In this document: positions 11,722-22,790 of the stretch, piece after piece
How positions within the stretch are numbered: the first letter of the stretch is position 1
Layout of the letters: every line of letters starts with the position of its first letter
NCBI GenBank assembly: GCA_010356995.1
Contig: ML996687.1
Span: 869,803 to 933,802, forward strand
Direction of reading: 5' to 3'
DNA length: 64,000 bases
From: Trichodelitschia bisporula
Lineage: Eukaryota
Notes under the pieces: generated by a model
Database searches by the model: none
Seen by the model: the letters and a program-made list of their open reading frames with translations, nothing else
Told to the model about the DNA's origin: nothing
Made by a program: the position numbers and the translations under genes

Positions 11722-13182
11722 ATGAGTTTAATCGTCGCACTATCACGCTCGTCGCGGCCGCGGGTGCTCCAGCAAGCCACCCTCCGACTCTCGGCTTCGT
11801 CAAGCACCCGCCATGCCTCCAGCTCGACGTCTTCCAACCCCCCGTCTAACCGCCTGCGCAACTTTACCTACGGATCATCATTGCTGGCCCTTGTCACATT
11901 CGGATACGTTTACTTCACCGACACTCGCGCTTCCGTCCACCGCTACGTCGTGCCACCCCTACTCCGCGCCCTCTACCCAGACGCCGAGGATGCCCACCAT
12001 GCGGGAACAGCAGCACTCAAGCAGCTCTATGCGTTTGGATGGCATCCGCGGGAGCGTGGTGGTCCGGACGCAGATGGCATGCTGAATGTGGAGGTGTTTG
12101 GCCACATGCTCAGCAACCCCATCGGAATCTCGGCCGGCTTGGATAAGAATGCTGATATCCCGGATCCTCTCTTTGCCCTGGGCCCTGGCATCGTCGAGGT
12201 TGGCGGCATCACAAACCTCCCACAGGACGGGAACCCTAAACCCCGCGTATTTCGCGTCACGTCTCAGAAGGCACTGATCAATCGTTATGGGCTCAATTCG
12301 GAGGGCGCCGACGTGGTTGCCATGCGCCTGCGCCAGCGCCTTCGGGAGTTTGCTTATAAACACGGCTATGGCATAGACGAAGAGGCGGAGCGCTTTGTCC
12401 TGGACGGCGAAGCTGGCGTGCCTCCCGGGAGCCTCATTCCCGGCCGTCTGTTAGCCGTTCAGATTGCAAAGAACAAGTTGACGCCAGACGATGACTTGGA
12501 TGCCGTGGTGCGCGACCACGTCGTGTGCGTTGAGAAGTTGGGCAGGTACGCCGACATTCTGGTGGTGAACGTCTCCAGTCCCAACACGCCCGGGCTCCGC
12601 TCTCTGCAGTCACGCGAGCCCCTGACAAAGATCCTCTCCGCCGTTGTCAACGCTGCGAATTCCGTCAACAGACAGAGAAAGCCCGTTGTCATGGTCAAAG
12701 TCAGCCCCGACGAAGACTCAGAGGAGCAAGTCCACGGCATTTGTGACGCCGTGTGGGAGTCGGGGGTTGCAGGTGTGATAGTGGGGAACACTACGATGAA
12801 GCGCCCGGACGCGCTACCGCGCGGCTTCACACTTCCTTCAACAGAGGTGCGGGTTTTGATGGAGCGCGGCGGATACAGCGGCCCGCAGCTGTTCGGGCAA
12901 ACAGTGGCTCTGGTGCGCAAATACAGGCAGACACTCGATCAAGGACCTCGGGTGGACGCTCCGACGGAGAGCCAAGGTGAAACAGCAAAGTCACCAGCGC
13001 GGGAAGAGTTCAAGCCGAAGGTCATCTTCGCTTCGGGGGGTATCACTAATGGCGAACAAGCACTCGCTGTGCTGAATGCAGGCGCCAGTGCTGCCATGTG
13101 CTACACGGCCACGGTGTACGGGGGCCCGGGAACGGTGGGGAGGATAAAGGGGGAGATGCGCGAGGCCATCAAAAGGTCATGA
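11722..13182 (+). CDS. URA9: Mitochondrial class 2 dihydroorotate dehydrogenase
   Basis: Presequence plus TM; DAEDAH, NPIGISAGLDK, GNPKPRVFR, INRYGLNS, VNVSSPNTPGLR, GGYSG. Confidence 0.96.
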   Translation: MSLIVALSRSSRPRVLQQATLRLSASSSTRHASSSTSSNPPSNRLRNFTYGSSLLALVTFGYVYFTDTRASVHRYVVPPLLRALYPDAEDAHHAGTAALKQLYAFGWHPRERGGPDADGMLNVEVFGHMLSNPIGISAGLDKNADIPDPLFALGPGIVEVGGITNLPQDGNPKPRVFRVTSQKALINRYGLNSEGADVVAMRLRQRLREFAYKHGYGIDEEAERFVLDGEAGVPPGSLIPGRLLAVQIAKNKLTPDDDLDAVVRDHVVCVEKLGRYADILVVNVSSPNTPGLRSLQSREPLTKILSAVVNAANSVNRQRKPVVMVKVSPDEDSEEQVHGICDAVWESGVAGVIVGNTTMKRPDALPRGFTLPSTEVRVLMERGGYSGPQLFGQTVALVRKYRQTLDQGPRVDAPTESQGETAKSPAREEFKPKVIFASGGITNGEQALAVLNAGASAAMCYTATVYGGPGTVGRIKGEMREAIKRS

Positions 13183-13395
13183 GCGAACGAGGTGCGCCTT
13201 AGGGTGGGCAGTGGCATGTCTAGACTGATGCCTGCTGACCATGGACTTCAACTGTACTATGCACAGACTTCGATTTCACCTCACGGCTCTCGAGACCGCA
13301 GGCCGTCCAATCATGTATATATGTTCGACACAGAAACACAGAAGGCGTTCATAGATCCTACGGAGAGGTGGAAACCCGACTGCACATCCATCCAG

Positions 13396-15287
13396 CTAGA
13401 GCTGCGCCAGAGCAGGCCTTTCGCTGTAGATCTTGAATGGAACACCTTCCAGATCTGCCTTGATCTGCAGTGCAAGGAAACGACCGAAAAATCTAGCTTG
13501 AGCAACATTACCACCCGTAAACCACACTCCCGGGTCTGCGTATCGTGTCAGCATTTGCTCCAAAATGGAAATCGGCACCCCACGCGCACAGGTTAAAACT
13601 TACGGCCGATGGGCTTCCAACCTCCTCTCATCTCACCCTCGCAGTCGACGCACCACCAATCCTCAAGCTTCTCATCAACCTCACGGTCAAAAAACTTTGA
13701 AGCTGAGAGTCGCATGTTACCCTCAAAGCCCGTGGCAAATACGACCACGTCAGCATCGAGGGTGCTTCCATCGTCAAACCGCAGGCCGCTTTCCGTGTAG
13801 CCCGTCAGTACCGCATCTGACTTCATCCGAATGAACCCGGCACTGATCTTCCGGCTCACACCCACGTCAAGATAGTGACCTCCGAAGCGCTCCAACAAGC
13901 AATGGTACAGGTCCATGTTTCGCTCGGCGCGGAAGCCCGCGCGCTCAAGAGAGTCGAAGCGCTCGCTGTCTTGGGAAGCGAAGTTGCTGATGGCACGCAT
14001 CGCCATTTGACGGGCGATTGCTGTCGGGGTTGTCATCATAATCCCATCCGATACCGCAACTGGTACTTCATCGTTGTAAATCGGGTCGTAGATCCGTTGA
14101 TAATACTCAACGGGCAGAACTGGAGTGCGTCCCCGTTGTACCATAGTTACTGAGCTGAGTCCAGCCCGAAGCATGTCGTTGGCGACGTCATGTCCCGAGT
14201 TTGCAGTACCGATGACCACCCCTTTCAGGCCGCTCCACTCCGTTGCGGACTTATATTGAGCGGAATGAAGCACCAACCCCGAGAATGATTCACGATCTTG
14301 CAATGTAGGCATTCGAGGCTCCTGGCCTCCACCACCGATCGCCAGGACAATGTGACGAGTTTTGATTGTCATCTCGAGGCCAAGGTGGGCGATCTTCAAT
14401 GTCCAAGTGCGTTCCTTTGCGTCCCACGTTGACTTCACCAGTGTGGTCGACAACCAGACATCGAGTCCGTACATCTTGACGAACTTCTGATACCCTTCTT
14501 TCAAGTCATTGATGCCGAGGTGGTAGGGGTACTCTGGACCCCACATGCGCGCAAAGGGCAGTTGACCATAGGCGCGAGACGTGTGGATGCGAACTGAGTC
14601 GTAACGGTCCGTCCAGTTCTGACCAATGTAGGCATTTTTCTCGAGAACAACGGCAGAAACCCCCAGCGCCTTGAGGTAGCCTGCCACGCAGAGTCCGGAC
14701 ATGCCTGCACCGACAACCACACAGTCGTGAACGTTTGAGCCGTTGGAATCTGAGAAGGGAGTCAAAGGCCTCTCAACTTGCCAGTCGACCACTGGTTCAC
14801 ACTCATCGACGTTGCCAAGGCCGTCAATGCCCTGAAGCATGGTAATCATCGTCCAGAGCTTCCATGTCTGCGAATCATGAACGATTCTAAGTATGCCACT
14901 GCACAATAATGGTGGTACGCCCGAGGTCTGGAAGGTTATTTTTGCTTCCACCCAGGAGGTTGGCGGACCAGGAGGTCGAACGATTTTAACGGAGCCAGGG
15001 GTGATTCGATGGTTGACGGGTTGATGGTCGCTCCAAAGTTTGCGCCAGGCTGGCACTACATTGGCCGCACCATGAAGAGTCCTCACAGTGCCCGTGAGAG
15101 CATAGAGGTCTCGCCATATGGTTTGGCTGGAGATTAGTGTATCGTCCAAGTCCTGCAGACGGGAGAGGCAATCTTCGGCAACAGGCAATGGATCAATGCC
15201 GTCTGGCACCGAGGTGGTTGGAAGGGCACCAGGCAACTTGGAGATAGGGAATGCCGGCGTGCGGGTTGGCTTCGTAGGTTTCACCAT
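13396..15287 (-). CDS. Flavin-containing monooxygenase (YUCCA/type II FMO-like); intron 13536-13603
   Basis: GAGMSG, WTDRYDS, FSGLVLHSAQY (FxGxxxHxxxY), GTANSGHD, DVVVFATGF; last exon HPGVWFTGG...ALQIKA. Confidence 0.92.
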
Positions 15288-17041
15288 TGTTGATAGATGT
15301 GAGGCTTGCGGTTTGCGGTGAACGTCGGTTGCTATCTATGTCTGGGTAATGGCAGCAAGGAGGTCAAAGAGAAATGATAGGGGCGATAGAGGGGAGAGGG
15401 TGGGGGGGATGAGGTTTAATGAATAATGAATAGGTCAGCTTCTGTTTTTAAGACGCAAGACTGGCTCTTAGTCACTAGGTCGTCGCTTCAGCTGTCGCTT
15501 CCACTATCCCTTCCTTACTTTAGCGATTAGGAAAGAACGACCGGCCAAGTCTTACATACCTTTACCCTCATCCCTACAATCCTCTCCCCCAATAGAAAGT
15601 GCAACTGAGTACTCAAGTTAAATCTTCCTGTGGGGTCACCGTGACAAACACGTTCTACCGTATTTTCCCGTCCATCATCTCTTCCATCATCTCTTCAATC
15701 ATCCCTTCCACCGTCCCTCCCTATATCCCTCCTTTCCACCCATCACGCCCCTCGGCTACCAACAAGTGGCCTGTTGCGAGAGGTTGGAGCCTTAATTGTC
15801 CTAGTGCTTCAAGCTGAATGCCCAGACATGACAGACAAGCATAGTGAAATGCGGAGGATTTGTCGCTGCAGGTGGGAATGGCAGACCGCCTTGCTGGAAA
15901 TGTGGAAGCTGTCAAATCATAGGGGTGAACGGATATACGTAGTAGAGATCAGAACGATGCTAGAGGAAGGTTAACATATGCTTTTCTCTGATGGGGGTAC
16001 GCCGGTGATCCCTATAGGCCGAGAACTAGCATGTGGCCTCCTGTACGTACCGTCCAGACCCAGCGCCATGTGGAACGTGGGTGACATTGGCGCACCCAAG
16101 GAAGCGGGGGCGGCATCCCGCTTTGCCACTCACACCTACCAACAGCACTCTTGGTCCCAAAGCGGCCAGTACTGAATGGGAAGAGTGGTTGTTGTCTGGC
16201 GTCCTCATTTGCCGGCTAGAGTCAGCCTGACCGCGCCTTTGTCGCCGATTGTCAGTAGATGTGTTCGGTGTAAGGCGGGAACCCGTCTTCAAATCTCACA
16301 TCCAGCGTTTAACAAGACCCCCATCTAACAATACAGGGTCAAGAAGCAAGTCACCATAAAGAGTAATCCCTCAGGCCCTCGGAACCTCAGCTTGGATGAC
16401 CCTCAAGGTAATGGGCACTTGGCAAGGCCCTCAACCTGACCTCGCTACCCTCAACACACTGACCACACCTTCGCAGCGCCACAGTCTGGTTGGTGGACGC
16501 AAGGAAAGGAATATATGCACCTTTCTCACTTGCCGCACGCCATTCAAGGCCTTCCACAGCTGATCCTCCAGTGACGGCCATCAATGCACCTTGATGTCCA
16601 ATTAGGGCGATGTGGAGGTGCATGGAGGATAAGGCTGAGGTGGAGCATGCGTTGGCTCAGCGGCTGACGGGACCTTGGGACGATCGAGTGGGTAGTCATC
16701 GAAGGAAGAGATATGAGCGAGGGGGTGCATGGCGGGGCGGGGCGTGGCGGGGCGGAGTGCGGGTCAAGGCTAATTTACGGCCACAGGTGGGAGGCTCAGT
16801 GGACCGTGATTTAAGCACTACGTTGTCGGTCCAGCTGGTACAGTATCGGGCGGCATTATGTATTCAAGCGACCTTTTCTTCTCTTTTCGGCGCTGGGAAA
16901 TCAGCATGCGGCGCATTTGGTGGGAACGGCGAAAGACGGTACGGGTAACTGAACGAGTACCGTACCGTATCCAAATCGGTTGGAAGAGGGCATTCGCATT
17001 GTAATTCGGTTGTACTCGACCCCTCCAGCAAATTCACGAGG

Positions 17042-17632
17042 GGGACTCATTAGGTGCAACACCCCAAAAATCTTAGAGGCACACCTTGAATACAAACCCC
17101 CCATACTTACGACGCCAAGACTTTGCCAAGACCCTGTCAAAAACTTGCGACAAAACTTCAAGTCGCGATGCACTCATGCGCCAGCATGATATAGAATTAA
17201 GGATGGAATTATTAGAGTTGCCTCATTGATGCGATTATTTTAGCACCACTCTCGTCGTCGTCGCGTTGCTATAAAAAGAGTTATTGCGATTTGAAGTTCT
17301 TGTGGCTGTTTGTGGCTGCGGGTGGCTGCGGGTGGCTGAATTGAGCGTGAGCCAAGACCACAGCAAAAACTCCACAAACTTCAACTCACGATAACTCATT
17401 CATCGACAACGTCATCGCAATGAGGATAATATCAAAATACTCGTCGCATCGAGGCGATTTTAATGAACTAAGTTTTAATTTTATATAATTTTATCGCATG
17501 CGTGCATCGCGACTTGAAGTTTTGCGGCAAGTGTTGGTGGGGTCTTGGCATTAAGTACATAAAGTAAATTATGGGGGGTGTGCCTCTAAGGTGTGCCTCT
17601 AAGATTTTTAGGGTATGCGGCTAATGAGTCCC
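17042..17632. mobile_element. Non-autonomous fold-back element (Mutator-like MITE), copy B
   Basis: Ends GGGACTCATTAG / CTAATGAGTCCC; perfect 9-bp TSD TTCACGAGG at 17033-17041 and 17633-17641; perfect 22-bp inverted match 17152-17173 vs 17502-17523; shares internal blocks with 7123-7770. Confidence 0.92.
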
Positions 17633-17979
17633 TTCACGAGGTTTACCTACGGTACCTTCATGTTTCTTTATCCCTGCCAACTTTCTTAGCAGGAGCTGAG
17701 CGGAGTGGTGTAGCGACATGTTGTGCGCCTCGTATTCTCAGTCACGTGCTACTAAGCTCCAAAGCTTGTACACGACTCCAGGACGAAGAGAAAGGGAGCG
17801 AGAACCCGAAGACATCATATCCTCAAAGGAGTTCAACTTTCTGTACTTCTAAATTTAGTCTAAGGTGCTTGGTACGTGCCCCGCCTCTTCTCAGAATTCT
17901 CTAGCCGTCTCACGCTCATAGACTAAGGTTATCTTACGGCACCTAAACCTACAACAAGAAGTGCCAGGTGCTCACTACT

Positions 17980-19434
17980 ATGTCGCTTCCAATTTCGCCC
18001 ATGGAAGCGATTGAAATTGTGCAAAAAGCAGTTGCCTTATACAAGAAGATTCAAGACGCTCCGGAGCAGGTGGCCAAGATCGGGAAGCGCATGGAGCGCT
18101 TGGAGCACTACCTGCGTGGGCTCCAGGAGCTGTTGAACGCAAAGAGCAGCAATACCTTGGCATCACTTCAGCCAGCGCAAACTCAGCAATTGAAATTGGT
18201 GATCCAGGATATCAAATCCGATTCCCAACAAATCTACGACATCCTCTACAAGTGGGACAACAATGTGGGCCCCTTTGGGCTTGAGCTTCGCTTCAAGACA
18301 ATGGCGCAGGCGCTCTTTGCGACTGGCAGCAGTCCGGATAAATTAAACGACCTGTGTGAAAGCATACAGCAGCATCAGTCTGAGCTTAGGGACTTTTTGC
18401 AGCTCCTTGGCTGGTTTGGCCTCAATCAGATTCTAGTTGCCAACCAGGCGTCATCTCTGGAGAAATCTTCCGCAGGAGCCTCCAAAAAGGCTTCCGAGAG
18501 CGCTGCTGAAAAGGATCCCGTGAAGGTCCCCGCACAGGCTTTCGCTAAGAATCCCGGCAAGGCTCCTGCAAAGGCTCCTGCAAAGACGTCTGCAAAGGCA
18601 CCTGTGCAGTCTGCCGCGAAACTCCCTGCAAAGCCCCCTGTACAGACTTCCGAAAAGACTCTCGAGAAGGCTAGCGAGAAGGCGGGCAAGAAAGATCCTG
18701 AGAAGGCGCTCGCGAAGACTTCCACAAAGGTTCCTGCAAAGACCTTTCCGCCGTCTCTGCTTGTGACGCCTTCGAATCCGATCGGACTGGACTACAGCAT
18801 CATCTTTGTCGACGCCCACAACCTGGGACGAAGCCGGGTGGCCGAGGCCCATGTCGAACTCCTCCGTGAGTGGACTTTGGGTGCAAGGGACAACTGGCGC
18901 ATTAGCACAGTGAGCTCAGCGGGGATCCGAGTCAGAACTGGTTGCGATTGCGCGGATATTATGCAACAACTCGAACCACCGGTGCCTTTGGTTGATGGCG
19001 GCAAGCGACCCAACTGGATGGCACTGGCTGCCCTGTTCGACAATAACCTTTTCAATTACCCCTTCAAGTACGAGATTCGAGATGATGCCCTTTCACGAGC
19101 TTCTAAAGGAATCACCACCACGCTCTTCAGTCGCTACGACTACATCCTTGTCTTCACGGGCCGTGATCAAGAAGATCTCCTCCGCCTGAAACAGGCCTTA
19201 GTCTCTAAAATGGGTGCCTCAGCAGCCCCTAAGGGAAAAGGTCGCGTTGCTCACCTCGGGTCATATCTTTCAGCAAAAGGCAAAAGCCCTTCTCCCATGA
19301 AGGAGGCCCAGAAGAATCCGGATGGCTCAGACAGCAGGCAAAACTGGAACAAAACTGTTGCCGAAATCAAAATTGCTGTCAAAGCTTTTCTAAGAAGCGA
19401 GATGGCTTGGTTACCGCCGTCCCCTCTAGTCTAA
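17980..19434 (+). CDS. SesA/HeLo-like N-terminal helical domain + K/A/P-rich linker + degenerate LMW-PTP/ArsC-fold domain
   Basis: Intronless 484-aa ORF; amphipathic N-terminus (AIEIVQKAVALYKKIQDAPEQV); IIFVDAHNLGRSRVAEA, VSSAG, YDYILVF match the LMW-PTP layout VLFVCxxNxCRSxxAEA / xSAG / FDYIL. Confidence 0.75.
   Translation: MSLPISPMEAIEIVQKAVALYKKIQDAPEQVAKIGKRMERLEHYLRGLQELLNAKSSNTLASLQPAQTQQLKLVIQDIKSDSQQIYDILYKWDNNVGPFGLELRFKTMAQALFATGSSPDKLNDLCESIQQHQSELRDFLQLLGWFGLNQILVANQASSLEKSSAGASKKASESAAEKDPVKVPAQAFAKNPGKAPAKAPAKTSAKAPVQSAAKLPAKPPVQTSEKTLEKASEKAGKKDPEKALAKTSTKVPAKTFPPSLLVTPSNPIGLDYSIIFVDAHNLGRSRVAEAHVELLREWTLGARDNWRISTVSSAGIRVRTGCDCADIMQQLEPPVPLVDGGKRPNWMALAALFDNNLFNYPFKYEIRDDALSRASKGITTTLFSRYDYILVFTGRDQEDLLRLKQALVSKMGASAAPKGKGRVAHLGSYLSAKGKSPSPMKEAQKNPDGSDSRQNWNKTVAEIKIAVKAFLRSEMAWLPPSPLV
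18460..18745 (+). repeat. Degenerate 12-bp coding minisatellite (K-x-P/S-A/E period)
   Basis: aaggctcctgca aaggctcctgca aagacgtctgca aaggcacctgtg...; Lys or Gln at roughly every 4th residue. Confidence 0.75.
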
Positions 19435-19515
19435 AAAATGCTGCCAGAGCTGCGCCACCATCGCCGCACCAGCGCCACCCGCATTCTATCACCGCTATCC
19501 GGTATCCTGACGTAT

Positions 19516-21327
19516 CTAGTATACATACCTGAATTGAGGATTTTCTCTGTCGGTCGCACCAGCCCACGCGTCCTGGTTGCTCATATCAACCTCACCCACG
19601 TCCTCGACGATACCATGGTTGCTCTGAACCCGGTCCCGCCTTCGATTTTCCCACAGGTAATACTGGAATAAGCACACAAAGACCACGGCGCAGCTTGCCT
19701 GCGTGGCCATGACGGTTAACGTGGCGGGCAAGTACCGCGGCGCGTATTTATCTTGGAAGGTTTGCGGGCCTAGGATTCCACCGATACCGTAGCATGCGCT
19801 CATAACGCCCGCTGTCAACGCACGCTTTGTATGGCCGGAAACGTTGGCCATGGCCCACTGTTGCATAATGGTGGAGATGCTGGTGATCGCTCCCACGAGG
19901 TAGATTCCCACCAACGAACCAGCGGCATTCGGTTGAGGAAGGAAGGAGAGCATCGCTGCGCCAGTGATACCGGCTATTTGGATTGGTCATCAGGTGTTAT
20001 ATGCGTCTATCTGACCGCGGGGCTTACGGATTGTGCATCCCACACCCCACGCCCAACGGTATGACGTCCGTCTGATGCCAAAGCCGACAATCATGTTGGA
20101 CAAGATGTTGACGATCCCGCTGGGCATGTTAAGTAGTGCTGACTGCCTGCTGGTGAAGCCGAGATTCTTGATCAGCGTCGTCGAGTAGGTGCCTGTCAAG
20201 CCAGACGTCATTGCCGCCTGCGCAATTAGCATATGGTTATAGTGGGATATCTGCTGACGTGTGTTTAGAGTCGCATACCAAGACCGCTGGCAGAGCCAAT
20301 CCATATATCTGAACATCCTTGGCAGCCTCCAACAGTTCCTACGCCCCATCAACTCATGCCAACCGCTGGTGGGCTCAACGTGGAGACTTACCCCTGGCCG
20401 CGGCTTGTGGTTCGAGATACCCGTCATATTCACGCTGACGTGCTTCAAAATTGCCACCTTCTCTTCTGTACTCAGCCATCGGGAGTTCATGGGAGTATCG
20501 GGAAGGTAGTAAAAGCACAAGCCAGCAACGAAAAGCGTGATGATGCCAAGTGCAATGAACATCAGCCGCCATCCGGCGAGTTTGCCTTGTTGCGGTACCT
20601 GGAATGCATACGACATCAGCCCTCCAAGGATTTGTCCGACTCCGGGAGCCGAGTGCCAGATGGCGAATCGAGGAGCTTGTTCTGACTTTCTGTACCACTG
20701 AGCTGTGATGAGCATGAGTGATGGGCCGATGGTCGCTTCGGTTATGGCGAGGAAGATTCGGGCAACGAAGATACCAGCAAAGTTTTGGACCGATGCGGTA
20801 CAAAGGGTCACCAATCCCCAGCCGATCATGCACGAGCACAGCCACTTTGAAGCGGGGAGGCGTTGCAACAGGTATGTGTTCGGTAGCTGCATCGCCAGAT
20901 GGGCAAATGCGTACCCCGAAGCAACGTTGGAAAAGTCGCCATGCTTGAAGTGGAGGTCCTTAGGTAGGCCCATGAGAGCTACGAAGGCTATCAGCCCTGT
21001 CCTCCACTACCGGAAAGCCAGCAGCTGCCAAGCTTACCTGTGTACTGTAAAGGGTCAGCGAAGCACAGAGTTATCAGGACGACGAACGTTGTAAATGGCT
21101 TTGTCCAAGAACTGCATGATAAAGCACAAGCACATCAACGGTACAAGACATCGATCGATTTTGTGTCTCAGTTTGACAATGTCGATATGAGAAATGTCGA
21201 CGTCTTTGTGGGCGTCGAGGAAGATGGCGGCACCGTCGAGGTCACTGGGGGCTGGCTCGGACTCGGACTCTGTCGACAGGTTCTCTTCGAAGATGGTGAC
21301 CGATTTCTCGTCTTTTTCGAGCGCCAT
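19516..21327 (-). CDS. MFS transporter, allantoate permease (Dal5/ACS) family; 5 introns including a 7-nt micro-exon
   Basis: KIDRCLVPLM, MQFLDK, ITAQWYRKSEQAPR, YLPDTPMNSRWLS, NVSGHTKR, TDRENPQFRY. Confidence 0.93.
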
Positions 21328-22790
21328 GACGAGACCTAGGGAAAAGATATGGTGCAGACAGCTGAAAAGGTAAGAGATGATTTGAATCGAAGAGGCCGTA
21401 GGAAGTCTCACTGCTTCAGCAAACTCCAGCGCCCATCGCGGGCTACATATTCTGACTACCCCACACTAGCTACGCTCGCTACGAGTACGCGTCCGCAATA
21501 TCTATCCACCCCTATCTGAGAGGATCAAGGCTCCAACCCGCAAGCCGACCAGTCCGCCACCCGTGACAGTCTGGGGTGGATTGCTGCAGGTACTGTAACG
21601 TCACTCATGGGCTCCAGCGAGCCTCGCCGGAAATGTCATTAAAATGGGATGGCTCGACCGCCCCTCGGCCCGGCCCAAACGGGTTTAAGGCCAATTCAGA
21701 CGACAGAAGGATAGGGGCGCAAACCGAATGGTCCCTGCGAGGGCGTGATTGTTTTTGGGCACATGGTCAATATCAGAAGAGATCTCTGAGACAAGACGCA
21801 AGGCAGCAACCGGAGAAGTAGAGCCGTGAGAGCCTTGCGAAAAGACCCCCAGGGACTTTGTGGCTCGGCGGTCGTCTGAAGCGATCTGACTTGGCATTCA
21901 GGCTAAACGCGGGAGCCGCGGGAGCATCTCTCGGCATGCATCGATCATCACTGGCTTGTCGCTCTCTCTCTTCTTCGCACCCTCTCCACACAAAGAAGCA
22001 TTTACCTGTACCACCATTTTTCCATCCGAGGGCGGGGGGGAGTGGCGGAGCGCTTTGCGATGTGTGTAGCCGGGTGTTCTCTTCGCGATGTTGGTCCCCC
22101 ATTCTCCATGGAACAAAAGAGTCGCGAAGCCTGAGAATGTGGAGTCCCGCATGGGTCAGCTTCTGCTCACGCGGAAAAGCTTGTTGGGTATTGTCATGGT
22201 CAGGTCACCCTGGGCGGAGTCGAAACAAGCTTCAAGCCACCGGCGACGCAACGGATGAGCGAAGGCCACCCTGTCAGATCATCAATCTTGATTGGAATGG
22301 CAATCTATGAGCCTTCCTCTACTCCTTACCGCATTTCCAGAAGACGCCAAGTACGGCAGCCGTTCCTTCGAGAACTGTACGTGCCAGAACAAAGAAAGAT
22401 CTTCACTGTACATTAATACATCAGTACATTACTGATCTTCAGTCTAGCTTGACCGGAGCCCTTTGTTTCCCATGTGAAGCGGTCGACCGAGGAAAGGCTT
22501 TGTACCTTTTGTACCCATGGATACTGTCAAAAGTCACTTCCATGTTGTCCTCAGCCGCCCCAAAGCTTCTATTGACACCCCAATCGGGAAGTCGCCATAC
22601 CGCATCGTCAAAGCAGCGCATTGTGTGTCAAACCACCACAAGTCTTGTATTGACGCCCAAACTAGGAAACACCATGATGCTATTAATCCGCGCTGCAAAT
22701 CCATCAGCTCAATCTGCCTCTCGGAATTATCCTTTTCCTCAACGGCTCATCGACCCACAAAACAACCATCACTATTCCAGCGATCCAACC

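Noticed and set aside
15600..16950. Short ORF fragments and a degenerate 12-bp repeat (15670-15730) left of MITE B, possibly a pseudogene or transposase relic
   Set aside because: No recognisable motif in any frame
16936..16968. Recurrent GTACCGTAC/GTACGGTAC motif, also near 30385, 58347 and 63853
   Set aside because: Short, self-complementary simple motif without shared flanks or TSDs
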